DNA of 64,000 nt from positions 2,108,001 to 2,172,000 of the forward strand of contig OZ037834.1 of assembly GCA_964035575.1 (NCBI GenBank), in the 5' to 3' direction. This document shows positions 1-12,865 of the stretch, in pieces. The translations under genes and the position numbers were made by a program. This DNA is from Rhynchopus sp. YZ270_cl-10 (Eukaryota). The first letter of the stretch is position 1. Each line of letters begins with the position of its first letter. The notes beneath the pieces are model-generated. The model was not told the origin of the DNA. It did no database searches and saw only the letters and a list, made by a program, of their open reading frames with translations.

Positions 1-1
1 A

Positions 2-1144
2 TTGATAAGCAAGATGGAAGCTTTGGAAGAAGTTCCTGTAGACACCTTATGGTTGGAAGAGGAGCTGACCAGCGCATTAATTGCGAAGGAAAAGCTGCGG
101 CCAACGGATTACAACGCAACGTACGTTCTTCGCATGGCAGCGGCAGCGAAGGCACTCCACGTTGATTTGTCCGGAACGTTTCATAGTATGAGCATCAATG
201 AAAAATACCATGCAGGGGAACCAACAAGCAATGCTGCACTAAAGGAGAGGGTTGCGGTGTTGGAGGACCTCTTAGAAGCGACACAGAAGACTGTAAAGTA
301 CAATGAAGAGCGAATTTGCGCAGTAGAAGAAAGAGTGACGGCAACCGAAGTAGCGCAGGCAGTTTTTGAAGGAGAGCTGTTAGGGTTACGATGGACACAA
401 GACACGATGCAGCAGGCTGTCGAGGACGCAGAGCACACATTAACAGATTTGGTGTTACGTGACGCTCACCGTCTCGAAGCTGAAGAGACCCTCCGCAAAG
501 TAGAGGATTTCAATGCAAATGCGGATCTTCGGCATTTCTATGGTGCGGTCTCCTCCGAGCTTGCCGCAGCCTTTTCCGCTTCGGTCGCACTCCACAGTGG
601 AGAAATTAGCAAACGAGGCGACCGCTATGAGTCCATCTTCTTTTATGCCAGGCAGCTCACTTCGTTGGTTCCTTTAGTAGGGCAGCTGGTAGCGATTGTG
701 ATTACCCGAGGCGCGAAATTTATTAGAAACGTCGAAAATGGACGGCGTTTGCAAGAAGTGGAGCGGCTTCTGGACCTCAACCTTTCACCTCTGCAGCATA
801 GCAACATCAGTGTCAGGGTTGGGGTGCTGCTCACGGAACGTTACTATGATAAGATCGTTGCGCTGAAAGGGGAAAAGGTGCCAAATGGCTTATTCGACCG
901 TATCAAGGACGACGGCATGCTTGGTGCATTCATCAAGAAGAATGAAACCATCGCAAAGGTGCAAGGGCGCCTAGCGGCGCTGGAGATCATCAACAATCTG
1001 ATGGAGGAGGCCGTGGCAGAGAACCTCTGTGTGCAACGGTATCGGCAGTGCCCGGCGGATGTGGATAAATGGGTGGCGGAGCAGTTTGTGTTGTTCGAGG
1101 GGAAGGGGGAGGAGGAGGATGAAGAGGAGGAGGAGGAGGGTTAG
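2..1144 (+). CDS. 3' part of a hypothetical protein (coiled-coil region, acidic tail); 5' end lies outside the window
   Basis: Open from the window edge for 380 codons with coding-like composition, followed by T-rich 3' sequence; no family recognised. Confidence 0.7.
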   Translation: MISKMEALEEVPVDTLWLEEELTSALIAKEKLRPTDYNATYVLRMAAAAKALHVDLSGTFHSMSINEKYHAGEPTSNAALKERVAVLEDLLEATQKTVKYNEERICAVEERVTATEVAQAVFEGELLGLRWTQDTMQQAVEDAEHTLTDLVLRDAHRLEAEETLRKVEDFNANADLRHFYGAVSSELAAAFSASVALHSGEISKRGDRYESIFFYARQLTSLVPLVGQLVAIVITRGAKFIRNVENGRRLQEVERLLDLNLSPLQHSNISVRVGVLLTERYYDKIVALKGEKVPNGLFDRIKDDGMLGAFIKKNETIAKVQGRLAALEIINNLMEEAVAENLCVQRYRQCPADVDKWVAEQFVLFEGKGEEEDEEEEEEG

Positions 1145-1860
1145 GAGATTATCTCGTACATCCATGTATCGTTGTATAGATCTAGTTTATTGTTGGTGAG
1201 CAAATGATGGATTGGATAATTATTAGGCGTTTTTTTTTTGAGGCTAATGGGATTCAGATTTTGTTTGTTAGCGTATGAATTTTGCTTTTTTTTTTGATGT
1301 GTGTGTTGTGAGGAAATCAGGTATATTGGGTCCTTCCTGTGTGGAATGTGGCTTTTTTTTTTTCCCTTCCGTGCCTGCGTCCACAGAGGTGTTTGCACTT
1401 CAACTGCCATTAGTTTGGTGTTCCAAGCCATGCTCGTCTATTTTATCAATTCACCTTTTCTTAGGGTGTGCTGCCGCCACTGTTTTCATTAGAACTGTGA
1501 GGTGTTTCAACCACCGTGCGGGGAAGGCATTCATCTTCGAAGTGGTGACTCGGCTTAGGTTCATCTTGCAAACGTTTCCTTGAAGCTTTTTTCGTGTGTA
1601 TATGCTCAGGTCTTATAGTGCAACCAACGTACGAGAGAGGGGAGGAAAAGGTCCGCATAAAAAAAATCACCCTGTAACGACCTTCATTCCCTTTTCATTT
1701 GATGTATTTTATTTTTGTTTCAGGTTTGTTTCTGCTCCATTTTTATTTTATTGCCGAAAAAATGGCATCTTTTTCCACAAAAAAAATAAACGCGAATCAG
1801 AGATTTCTCACAGGATTTTTTTTTCATATTTTTGTATTTTAATTCGGTCCCCCTCTCAGG

Positions 1861-2624
1861 GTGCGTAATAAGGAAGGTGGCCTGGGGTCTGGGGTCTGGG
1901 CTTTTGGGTTTTGGGGGGTTTTTATGGTAATTTTTGTCATTTACCCTTGTATTGGGTTCATATTTTGTGAAAATTTTAGTCATTAAAATTTTGTCCATTT
2001 TTCTGTATATCCCCCACCACAGAACGGGCGGATTCCGGAAATGCAAATGCCGATGTTTTCGGGCATTTTCATGTTTTCAGCATCAGGGTGAGAAAATCTG
2101 GGTTGTGGTATTTACCTTGGCCCTCTTTACCCTACATGGATTTTGACCAAAATCAAAAACTTGTCCATTTCAGCAAATTGACCCCACCACAGAACGGACG
2201 GATTCCGAAAATACAAATGCCAGTGTTTTCGGGTACTTTCTGCGGGGCCGGGGCCGGGGCCGGGGCCGGGGCCGGGGCCGGGGCCGGGGCCGGGGCCGGG
2301 GCCGGGGCCGGGGCCGGGGCCGGGGCCGGGGCCGGGGCCGGGGCCGGGGCCGGGGCCGGGGCCGGGGCCGGGGCCGGGGCCGGGGCCGGGGCCAGGGCCA
2401 GGGCCAGGGCCGGGACTACTGAGTTATACCCCGTGTGACCCTTTTCGAGATGGGGCCCCGGAAAAGCACACAGTAAAACTGTACCCAAGGAAAGTCGTGA
2501 AAATTTAAACACCGAAAAACTTGTCCATTTTTTCAGAATGGCCCCACCACTTTCTGGGTGGACTCCGGAAACGCCGAAAAACGGGGTTTTGGGTGCAGTA
2601 CTACCTCATCCCCTTATTACGCAC
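1861..2624. mobile_element. Probable degenerate non-autonomous DNA transposon containing a (GGGGCC)n tract
   Basis: Inverted GTGCGTAATAAGG / CCTTATTACGCAC at the ends; internal repeats CCCCACCAC...GGA(T/C)TCCG at about 2011, 2182 and 2542; no convincing TSD. Confidence 0.4.
2244..2412 (+). repeat. (GGGGCC)n hexanucleotide tract, about 28 units
   Basis: Directly visible; the last units vary to AGGGCC. Confidence 0.98.
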
Positions 2625-2762
2625 TAGGTTGTGGCCGGGGGTCTGGGGTCTGGGCTTTTTGGGCCGAAAACCCCCCTTTTTTATTACTCAGGCTGCCCCC
2701 TCCCCTCTCCTCCCTTCCCTCCCCCTCTCTTACAAAAAACCCACAGCACAACACTAACAACA

Positions 2763-3668
2763 ATGCCTCTTATAGGCGCACTGCGGCGTAACGCGCCTCT
2801 TTGCTTCATCTCAGGGAACACCGTGCGGGCTGTACGCCGTGGTGTTGCTGCTGAGCGGGCTGCGTTTAGCAAAACGCCGTCGATGGTGTCCGAGGTGTAT
2901 GGGGCGTGGGATGCGGAGGCAGCTGCGGGGCGGGCCTACAAGGTGCACCGGGATGCTCTGGTCGACGTTGCGCAGGGGACTGACGCGCGCTTGCGGGGCC
3001 TCATGCTGCGTGCTGCAGCGGTCGTAGCGTTGAGCACTGGGCTCACTGCGCCTACCTACCTATACCTTCTATTTGCCCCCTGCTGGTCAGAACTCGTCAC
3101 CGGCGGTGTCGTCACCACAGCCGCGCTTGCCTCCACCATCCACCTCTCCAACCGTATCTCCCAAACCGCCATCTCAATGCGTATCGTCCCTTCCGTGACC
3201 GGCACCCCAATCGGCGCAAAAATTGAGATAATTACCCAACCCTACATCTTCTACACAACAAGGAGTACCAGGCTGTATGCGCTCGAAAACATTTCTCGTA
3301 TTGGAATATCAGATGACGGCTTGTGGCGTATACTAGAATTCACCTCGCCCGGGGGGAGGAAAGATATGTATCAGCTCAGACTGTGTAACAACGTATCGTC
3401 AGTAATGCCGTTTCTTGTGTCCATGAAAAGGCATCTCGAAGACATCCTTCTCGAAGAAGGCGAGCGCACCACGATCCTCAAAATGCAGGGAACAGAACGG
3501 ATGCTGTTTGACCTAGTGAAGTTAGCGCACGTCTTTGCACCAGCAAAGAGCTACACAGATGTTGGCCCTACTAATCCGTTTCCACGTAAGGTGGAGCTAA
3601 AGGGGGAAGGAGAAGGTGATAAAATAGAAGGGAAAGATGAAGCAGAAAAGATGGAGGAAAAAAAATAA
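2763..3668 (+). CDS. Hypothetical membrane protein (two hydrophobic segments, basic N-terminus, possibly mitochondrial)
   Basis: ORF 2631..3668, first ATG at 2763 after a pyrimidine tract; Arg/Ala-rich N-terminus and two TM-like stretches. Confidence 0.7.
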   Translation: MPLIGALRRNAPLCFISGNTVRAVRRGVAAERAAFSKTPSMVSEVYGAWDAEAAAGRAYKVHRDALVDVAQGTDARLRGLMLRAAAVVALSTGLTAPTYLYLLFAPCWSELVTGGVVTTAALASTIHLSNRISQTAISMRIVPSVTGTPIGAKIEIITQPYIFYTTRSTRLYALENISRIGISDDGLWRILEFTSPGGRKDMYQLRLCNNVSSVMPFLVSMKRHLEDILLEEGERTTILKMQGTERMLFDLVKLAHVFAPAKSYTDVGPTNPFPRKVELKGEGEGDKIEGKDEAEKMEEKK

Positions 3669-4022
3669 ATGAGGGTGCTAAAAATGCTTTCCTTTAGCTA
3701 GCCATGTAGGGGGAGTTTCATTGAGTCGATTTCGCGCAATTGTCGCTAAAACAAAAAGAAGCAAAAAAAAAAAAATTAAAAACGTAATAGTATCGTGTGG
3801 GAGCTCATCCTTGGGGAAAAAAACCTCAATGGGTTTTTTGATCGATGCTCAAACAAAACAAAAAAAAAATGAGAAGACCTGATGGTCATAACGACTACCT
3901 CTCCCCTATTTTCCTTCATCCCCCCTCCTTCTCCTCCTCCTCCTACCCCAAACTCTTTCTCTCCCACAGGGTGCGTCGTTTTTCTTTGACGCAGATCCAA
4001 AAATAAATTGTTGTAAAAAAAA

Positions 4023-7000
4023 ATGGTAGTCACCCCAGCTTCGACTGCGGAAGACCGAACTGCGTGGCATGAACTCCGGCAACAGTGGAGGGGCCAGGGG
4101 ACGGAACTGCCACGTGTCACTGCGGCTGCGAACACGGTGACCCCGGTTCTGGTCCGCGCGACACGGAATGAACGGTTGTCCTTGGATCCCCCGAGACAGG
4201 GCACTGCTTCTCCTTTGTATCAGACTCCAGCTCGGTTGTCGTGGACACCTGCTGAAGCAAAGGGCAGCACACCACAAGGGGGGCTTCTTTCATTGGAGGC
4301 TCAGAGGCGGAGGGAGCTTGCCCAGGTTTTTGTACAGTTTCTTACATCCCCGGACTTCAATCTTGCGCCTGCAGAGAGCTTCAAACACTGTGCGCCCATC
4401 GCATATACCCCAACCCCTTTAGAGCTTGCGGGAGGCAAGCTGATGTATCACCAACTCATTAATGGGTTGGCGTTTATGCGGTTTTTTGATGACCCGGTGG
4501 CGTTGTGTTCACAGGATGTCGATACTGCGCAGCGTATATGGAATGCGATGAGCACGTTGAAGGACGGGTACGTATACTGGGATTCATTCGTTGAGGTGTT
4601 GGTAGCGCTGTTCGAACCTCTGCCTGCAGTAGAAGCTGCTGCTGTGGGGTCGAAGAACGAAGGGGTTCGCATGAAGCTGGCACATTACCGTGCAGGATCA
4701 GGATCGGTTTCTTCGGTGTCAACCGTACCACGATTTCCCCCTCAGGCTCCGAGGAATGAAGTCTCCGTGTTCGATTCTCCAGCAGTTTCATCACCAACCA
4801 GCCATCTCGCACCACTCCATGTGAGAAGTCCATTTGATGCATATGCAACCTCATCAGTCTTCCGTGCAGAGGTGGGTATAGATAGCGGGCCAGAGAGTCT
4901 TACCATGCAGCATCGTTCCGTTTCGTACGCAGAGCAACGTAGTGTGTCTGCGGTCAGGCATCCTACACCGCCTCCGCCGCAGCGTCTCGGTGGTGGTGGT
5001 GGTGGGATTCCGGCACAACCCACCCCACAGACGTCCCCCAAACCCGAGGAAGCCTGGCTCCGTGAACGCAACCCACCAGGCAACGTAACGCCACCCCTAA
5101 AATCAGCAGAAAAACCCAAAGAAGAGCCGTGGTATCTCCAATCATGGCGGTCGCCTCAAAAGGGGGAGCAACCACCACCACCACCGCCCCGCTCTGCAAG
5201 CAAAGAAAAAGCGTTTTCACCTCCAATCCCATTTTCTCCAGAGCGATTTGAGCAGATTGGGCAGATTCATAGTCAGCTGAATAGCTTCAAAAAGGAGCTG
5301 CTTACCGACAAATGGACGGGGTCTGGGGTGGGGCAGAAGGAGAGCAGTTCTTCCCCTTCCAAACAACCGCTTCGGAGCAGCAGTCCGTACCGCAGAGACG
5401 TCAACATCGCGCCTCCTGCATTACCTTCCCCTGCATTGGCTTCTCCAAAGGGGAAGGTGGAAGCTGCGACATCACCTCTCCCTTTGTCTCCTCTTTCGCC
5501 GTCACGGTATCAACAAATGGTGCAGATGAAGGAGCAACTTGATATGATTCAGGAACAGATCGCGGCGAGGGATTCACGCCCTTCAGAACAACCAAACACC
5601 ACCACCACCTCCGAACACCCCGAGAAGAGAGAAGACACCTCCACCCCGCTCCTCCCCCGCCGCTCTGTCCTCAAAAGCGTTTCAATTGTAGAAGACCCCG
5701 AACGGCATGAAGGTAGAGGCAGCAACTCCTTCGAAGAAGGATATCAAGAATACTATGGAAATCACCGTCTCCCTTCGAGAGACCCACGCGATGCGGTGGA
5801 AGGGGAGAGCAGTGTCGGCAGCGCTGTCGCACCGCAAACAACAAAAGAAAGAAGGGCATCTTCAACGGTTTCACCTGCACGAAGCCAACACTATGATACA
5901 GAGTCTGGGTTTACTGCGTCGTCTTCGGGATTCTCTATGGCTCCTTCCGGTGTTGATCAACATAAATATCAGGGTCAATCTCATACCTATACTCCATCCC
6001 GGAGGGTCGCTACTTCATATGACAGTTCGGTACAGCAAACTGTGGCGACAGCGGAAGGGAGGGGAGGAGGGGGCAGCGAAGGAACGCCAGAACAGCGGAA
6101 GGAAAAGGAGAAGGAGTACAGAGAGGAGGAGGTGTTAACACCAAGGTCGATTTTGAGGTCGAGCAGCCGCAAGCAGAGTGCATTTGAGGAGGAAGGGAAT
6201 AAAAGCATTGCGATTGTAGGGAAAAACGGGATAGAGTATATCTCCCCAGCAAAGCGGGGGGCGGTTCGCGAGGACGCGGCGGAGGTACGGCTTCAGCTCG
6301 AAAAAGAAGCGTTTGAGAAAGAAAAGCGAGAGTGGGAGCAAACCAAGGCGCAGTGGGACGAACGGAGGTCTGTCGATCCACACTCTTCTTCTCACAAAAA
6401 ATCTGAGAGACACGAGGACAATTCAGGACCCCCTCCGAAACACCTTCAACCGCAACTACAACCTCTAAAAGAAAAGGAAAAAGAAAAGGAAAATAACGAC
6501 AAGAAGGCCATACAGACTCCTTCTGCTCCTAACAATGAATCCGAATGGAGACAACAATTCCCTCAAGACCAAGGTTGGATAGCGCATGATGGTGTTCCTC
6601 CTCCTCCACAAAGCCAACCAACACATCAACACTACGACCGCACCCCAGCTGATACACCGGCTTCCTCCGACCGCCACCACCACCACCACCACCGCAACCC
6701 CAGAAGGGAAAGCGGCCACAGCAGGCATCGGCGGAAACGCAGTCCTTCGCCCTCCTCCTTCTCCTCCCGGTCCTCCTCTGTTTCCTCCTCCCCGCGGCGG
6801 AGGCGGAGGGGGGGCAGGAAGGAGGCCCGGAGGAGCCACCACCACCACCACCGACGCTCCCCTTCTCGAAGCTCCTCCTCAGAGGGGCGGAAAACCCCGA
6901 AGAGGAATCAGAGAACGGAGGAACATCATAGTTCGCACCACAACCGCTCTGTGTCTGCCTCCGTGTCTGCGACAGCGCCAAGAGGAACCTACGACCCTAC

Positions 7001-8902
7001 TCCATTACCTGAGAGCAACAGTATGATGATAAACAGAACGTTTGGCACGCCATATCCGGGGAGCAGATCTGTACATGCTCCGGCAAGACGGATGAGTGGG
7101 GGAAGCAGCGCGCATCATGAGAGCAGGGTAGAAGGGAATGTTTTTGTGGGTGGACAGAGGAATGCACAGACTGGAGGAGCACCGCAGCATAGTGCATATG
7201 ACGGGGTAGGTGTGGAGGCGCAGGTGTTGGAAGACATGCCCATCAAAAGGGTGACCAGCATGAACTCCACCTCATATGACGCAAGCAGTGTGGATGTGGA
7301 GGGTGATGATGGTGGAAGGCATCGGCGTGCATCAGATAGAGAGGACACAGACAGCAGAGGACGGCAGGTTGGACCAGGAGGTCGGAGGGGTCACTCTGCA
7401 CCGGCACCGAGGCATCGGAGTAGGTCGGAGGTATGTTTTATTGTGAAAATTTCGGAAAAAAAAATTTAATGCAGACGAAGAAGAAGGACGGCTCTGGATG
7501 GCAGGTGCACGGCAAGCCTGACCCCCTTCCTGGTCCGTCTCAGAGGAATGCACACTATCCGCAAGAGGCGGCAGGGGCGTGGCAGCTGCGGTCCCAGGAG
7601 GCTAGTGTGGAGAGGGCGGGGAGCTACACAGCGACAACAGGCACCACCACGGCGCCGTACACCACGACAGCGTACACCTCCACCAGCGGCACGCCCACAC
7701 ACACCCCGGCGGTGCAAAGCGAGCGTCCACGACGACGCTCTCTCCCAGACGAGCCGCGTCGTGCACCAGGTGCAGCGGTGGAGGTGCGTGCAGGCCCCAG
7801 AGGTGGCGGTGGAGGAGGTGGTGGAGGTGGAGGTGACACAACATCCGCCTTCGATGCCTTAGCAGACCGCGACGGCTGGGTGGAGAAGGGATCCAACCCA
7901 AGCGCAGCGGATTTCTACGACTCAAAGCTTACCCTAGGCCCTGCGTATGCATTCCCCCTCTCTCTTTCTATTTGCGTCATTTTCAAAAAAAAAAATCCTT
8001 TTTTCTACAGCGTGAAGACCTCCTTCCCACCACCTACTCATCAACCCATCGGACACCCTTCAGTCAAATCCTCAAAAAGCCCAACCCAAAGCTACAAGGC
8101 ACCTCCGAAATCCCCTGGGATGCAGTATGTGAAGTCGCCCCCTTCTGGCGGGCTGTCGGTGGGGCCGCGGTCGTTGCCGTCACAGCCTTTGGAGTCTGGT
8201 GCGCAGACCTCCCAGCAGGGGCCCCCGCCGTCTGCGGCATCACAACGGGCGGAGGCCAGCAACCACCCCACTGTCGTCCCTCCGGGCAGCTTCGTGGGGG
8301 GAGGAGGAGGTGGAGACTCCAGCTCTATGGTTCCCCTGGCATCTCCGAAGATGCCGCCACCAGAAGGCTCACAACGTACCTCCCTTGCAGAACGTCGCAG
8401 CCAACGTCTCTCGACCAACGACAACAACAACGCAAACCCGGCGCTCAAACAAAAATGGGACGCCCTCCACAACAGTAGAGGGCATGCTGTTGACAACAAC
8501 AACAACAACAACAGCCCTGAACAAACCACCTCCGCATTTTCTGAGAAAGGGAAAAGACAGTCTGCGCACGATCTTCGCAGAGAGGTCTGGAAGGCAGAGA
8601 CAGAGAAGAAGCGTGCAGGTGGAGGTGGAAGTGGAGGAGGTGGGGGAGGCGGAGGAGGGGGAGGAGATGAAGCCGTGATAGTCTTGTCCACAGCAGGGGA
8701 ACGGCTGGGTATAACAGTGGAGCATGCGGTGCTGGCGACGGTGAAGGAAGGGTTTGCTGCAGACAGGGCAGGTCTCACGGAGTTCATTGGACGTAAGGTG
8801 ACTCATATCAATGGAACCAAGACAAATACTTTGAGAGAAATCCAGGCCGCGTGTGAAGACAAAACAACACTCTGTTTTAGATTCGCAAGCACCGAGAATT
8901 GA
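4023..8902 (+). CDS. Large low-complexity protein with a C-terminal PDZ-like domain; exons 4023-7430, 7475-7944, 8011-8902 (about 1589 aa)
   Basis: ORFs 4023..7469 and 7433..8902 join in frame through intron 7431-7474 (GTATGT...GCAG); in-frame intron 7945-8010 (GTATGC...ACAG); C-terminus 'GERLGITV...GFAADRAGL...GRKVTHING' is PDZ-like. Confidence 0.8.
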
Positions 8903-9178
8903 GTTAAAAAAAAATGGCGATTTTTAGGCATTTTTTGTTGTTGTAAGAAGTGTAGTTGGTATTGTTTTGTTTTCTTCTTCCACAGGAGGGTGTGCAAAGT
9001 TTTCACTTTTTTTGTTACTTTTTTTTTTTTTTGAAAAATCATGTGGATTTTGGTATTATGCTGGGTGAAATAAATCTGGCAATTTTACACAAAATACACC
9101 TTTGCACACCCTTTATAGATTTTCCTTTTTTATGAGGACATAAAAGAAATATAGATTGTTTGTTTTTTCATTTAGTAT

Positions 9179-10075
9179 GGGAAGCCTCTTTTTTACTTTC
9201 AACGGATGTCATCCGTCCGATTTTGAGAAACCCCCCCCCCTCCCCCCCCCGGAGAAGATTGTAAATTTGGCAACCTGAAGTTTTCGGCTTTTGGACAGAC
9301 GTAAAAAAATTCGAAAACCAGCGGAAGTGGATTTCCGAGCTCCCCGCTTTTCACCACAAAAAAAATCGACCACTTTAGTGGAGTGGAAGTTAATTTAAAG
9401 TGGCTCCAGTACACAGTACACAGTACACAGTACACAGTACACAGTACACAGTACACAGTACACAGTACACAGTACACAGTACACAGTACACAGTACACAG
9501 TACACAGTACACAGTACAGTGAAGTCAATTTAAAGGCTCCATGGGTCTTTATACAGTAACGTATAGGGATTTCAGTGCATAAAGGGGGGTCGGCTCCACC
9601 AAAAGTTGCGTACCGTGGAGTGTGTTCCTGAATAAAAAAAAATGGTCGGAATTGAAAGATTCGTAAAAAATAAATCCAAAGGAAAAAAATCGAAAACCTT
9701 CTTCAAAAGAAATCCAACTTAGAGACGCCACTGTGCTGCGACCCAAAGAGGAGGTTTTCTTAAGGAATTCCTTAAGAAACCTGCGTAGAAACGTTCCCAA
9801 AGGGGGTACCACAGCCAAAAATCACCTAACCATCCACACAGGCATAAAAAAAATCGTGCGACCCCGGAATTGAACGTTTTCGTAACCGATCTTTCCAAAT
9901 AAATAAAATTCGAATTTTTTTTTTTTTTTTGAAGAAAATTCATAAAATCCATGTGACCACGGTTTTGTACTAGACCCCCCCGTTGCCAAATTACCAAACT
10001 TTTCCGCTCACCCCCCCGGAGACCCCCCCCCCCCCCCCCGGATGACATCCGTTGAAAGTAAAAAAGAGGCTTCCC
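9179..10075. mobile_element. MITE with perfect 37-bp TIR and 3-bp TSD (TAT); PIF/Harbinger-like
   Basis: GGGAAGCCTCTTTTTTACTTTCAACGGATGTCATCCG at 9179-9215, exact reverse complement at 10039-10075; TAT at 9176-9178 and 10076-10078. Confidence 0.9.
9407..9520 (+). repeat. (CAGTACA)n microsatellite
   Basis: Directly visible, about 16 units. Confidence 0.97.
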
Positions 10076-11182
10076 TATCAAAAAAAGAAAAGGGGTGGGT
10101 GTCTTTTGTACTCTTTTAATAAAACCCCCTCTAGCCCCTTTCTCCCTTCCCGCCATCTAGATATGGGAGGGGGGGAGGGGGACCTTGTTGAGTGTGTAGT
10201 CTCGTTTTTTATCTTCACAAGAACAGTGTTGATTCGATTACCAATTTTTCAAAAAAAAAAAAAGAAATAACACAAAAATTAAGTAATTGCTATCGGGGAA
10301 AAGTTGGGGGTGTGCTGTCTATATAGGGGGACCTGCTCTCCTGGAACTCCACCCGCCCCTACATCGATTTCATATACCTTACCCCAACAAGGGTGTTGAA
10401 GGAAGGTTGTGGGGGGGGGGGGGAAAAACAAGATTATGGTCGCTATTGATTCGATTCCCTTGGAAACGATACCATATGTCGCTATTGACCACAACATAAA
10501 CCCCCCATGCGTCGTCAGATGAGGTATTCCTTTATTCGATTTATCTCGCTTTAAAATTCTGTCAGACCTCTCGGGGCAGAGGTGATTCCATTTTTTTTTT
10601 TTAATCACCCATTTTTTTTCAAACCTTTTGTGTGATTTTCCTTTTAGTAGAAAGTTTTTACATCTTCAAGTTCACTCTATATATCTCAAGTCTTCCACCC
10701 ACTCCCGCCGTTTTCATCCATTTTTTTTTATTCCCTTCTCATTTTCACTTTTCCCCCCTGCATCCCACCCTCAAATCCACACAGGCAATTCCAACCCTCT
10801 CTTCTTCCTCCCTCCCTGAGTCCCCTCATCCACATTTACACAGAAAATAAAAAATGAATTGCTCGTTAAATCCATTGCTTCTTGTAACGTAACTTCCCTC
10901 TTCTCTTCTATTTCGTTTTTTCGTTCCTTCTCTCTAAAGTTTGGGTACATTTAGTGCACCCTATTATACCTTCTATTCAGTAGAATAGTTAGTATATGAA
11001 AACAATTCTCTCTCTCTCTCTTTTTTAAAAATCCGATCACAATATTGGTGCTGTAGGGGTCGATATTGACAGGTCGCTGACAGGTCGCTGCCACAAGGAC
11101 TTTACACACACCCCCCCTGATATTCCGACAGGTCGTGGCACGTCGCTGACAGGTCGTTGACCGACTTCCGAAAGCACCAAAT

Positions 11183-12865
11183 ATGTCTCAACTTATTTAC
11201 CCCTCTGCTGGAGGCTCCGTCTGCAGTTTGGCAAGCCCTGTTGCTCCCAGCTCTGGAGACGAGGTAGGGGGGATGCCGTTTTCTGGCATCACCTTGGTTG
11301 CCGTGAAGGGGGGGTGGCGTGGGCAGCCTGGGGTCATGACTGCTGCTGTGTTATGCATTGCGAGCATCGCCGGGCAAGAAGAACGGTCTCGTCTCCTTCA
11401 AGAAGGGTTCTATGCTTGCCACTACCTCGAAACGGACAGATGGGCGGCATATCATATAAACACTTTAGATATGCCGCTGCAAGGCGCGTATTCCCGGCGT
11501 CCTTTAGTACCTGCTTTGACAACACGGCTTGCTTCGAAAAAACAAAAAATATATCAACCCTTGGTGGTAGGGGTCAGCCCGCCTCCTCCGGAATGCCACG
11601 GATGGGAGTCGGTTCAATGTCCACCCGCTCCGGTCAGAAGATTATCGAATATAATGTCGCTTTGGCTAGGCAAGGAAAAGAAGGAGGTGAAAGGGGAGGA
11701 GGAGGAAGAGGAGAAGAGCACTGTAAAAGAGAGTGATCAAAAGGAGGCAAAGCAAAGCAATGCGGAGACCTCTGTCGAAACCGAATCGGCGTCCTCTGCG
11801 GGGAAGGTTGCTGAGTCTGCGCCGGAGGACACATTAAAAAAACGGATGGGAGGGAATTTGAAGGAAAAATTCTTTCAAAACGAAGACACCCCTGATGCCG
11901 TATACTCCATAGAAAAGCTTGCATCAGATATGAGAGAACCTAGTACACCAGGGAATACTATGATGCGAAAACCGCGCTTTGGTGCCGCACACAATCCATT
12001 TCAACGACAACGCAATCCTGCCCTTGAAATCCACCGCCCCTCCTCCACAACCCCTCGAAGCACTCCAATCGAAGCAAGCACGCAAGACACAGAATCGCTC
12101 ATGATGCCCCACGAAAAAGCCGGCCGTGGCAGTTTCTACTCAGACACCGTCGCCTCCTTTTCCAAACGACAAGAAAAGGAGATCCAAAAGACAAAACCAC
12201 GAAACTGCCAGATCGGAGTAACACGAATGACCCCTTTCACTGATACAATCTCCCCTAAGGGAATGAGACCACAACCTCCACCGAAAAAGATGAATGAGAG
12301 ACTACGGTATCTTAATGCCCTCAAGGCAAGGAGAGGTGAGGCTGCTGTGTATCGACTGAATCAGAGACATCACAGGGAATGGTTCTTCAATGAGTCGGTA
12401 GGGGAGATGGAAGAGCGGTCTGCCCCCGCAGCGACCCATTCATCTCAAGGACGGAAAAAGCAGAGTGTCAGTGCGGCAGCGTTGGCGGCTGCAGCGGCGC
12501 CAAGGAGTTCGTTGACGCCGGCATCTCCAGTAGATCTGTCAGCAAAGGCAAAAGATGTGTTGGTGCCGGTAATAGAGCGGCTTATGGTAGAAGCAGATCA
12601 GACAAATCCATTGTATGCAGTGGAGCCCGCGACAGTAGCGCAAAATCTTGCCCAAGGAGTAGCGTTAAAGAAGACAGACGAAACACTGCAAGAGCGCATT
12701 ACCCGTCTCGCGCGGGTCGAGCGGTTAGACCAAGAGCGGGAGGAGGTGGTGTCCGACCCAGACGCGCACATCCCCTCGTCGCACCGGATTCGGCAACTCA
12801 TGGCGCAGCTGGTGTCAAGGCTTGAGGATGCAAAGGGGCATGTCACCCCTGGGTCGGTGGTGTAG
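11183..12865 (+). CDS. Hypothetical protein, 560 aa
   Basis: Long ATG-initiated ORF; its 3' end is duplicated at about 21350-21734. Confidence 0.75.
   Translation: MSQLIYPSAGGSVCSLASPVAPSSGDEVGGMPFSGITLVAVKGGWRGQPGVMTAAVLCIASIAGQEERSRLLQEGFYACHYLETDRWAAYHINTLDMPLQGAYSRRPLVPALTTRLASKKQKIYQPLVVGVSPPPPECHGWESVQCPPAPVRRLSNIMSLWLGKEKKEVKGEEEEEEKSTVKESDQKEAKQSNAETSVETESASSAGKVAESAPEDTLKKRMGGNLKEKFFQNEDTPDAVYSIEKLASDMREPSTPGNTMMRKPRFGAAHNPFQRQRNPALEIHRPSSTTPRSTPIEASTQDTESLMMPHEKAGRGSFYSDTVASFSKRQEKEIQKTKPRNCQIGVTRMTPFTDTISPKGMRPQPPPKKMNERLRYLNALKARRGEAAVYRLNQRHHREWFFNESVGEMEERSAPAATHSSQGRKKQSVSAAALAAAAAPRSSLTPASPVDLSAKAKDVLVPVIERLMVEADQTNPLYAVEPATVAQNLAQGVALKKTDETLQERITRLARVERLDQEREEVVSDPDAHIPSSHRIRQLMAQLVSRLEDAKGHVTPGSVV

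Noticed and set aside
2088..2512. Poly-GA and poly-AP ORFs
   Set aside because: Simply translations of the GGGGCC tract.
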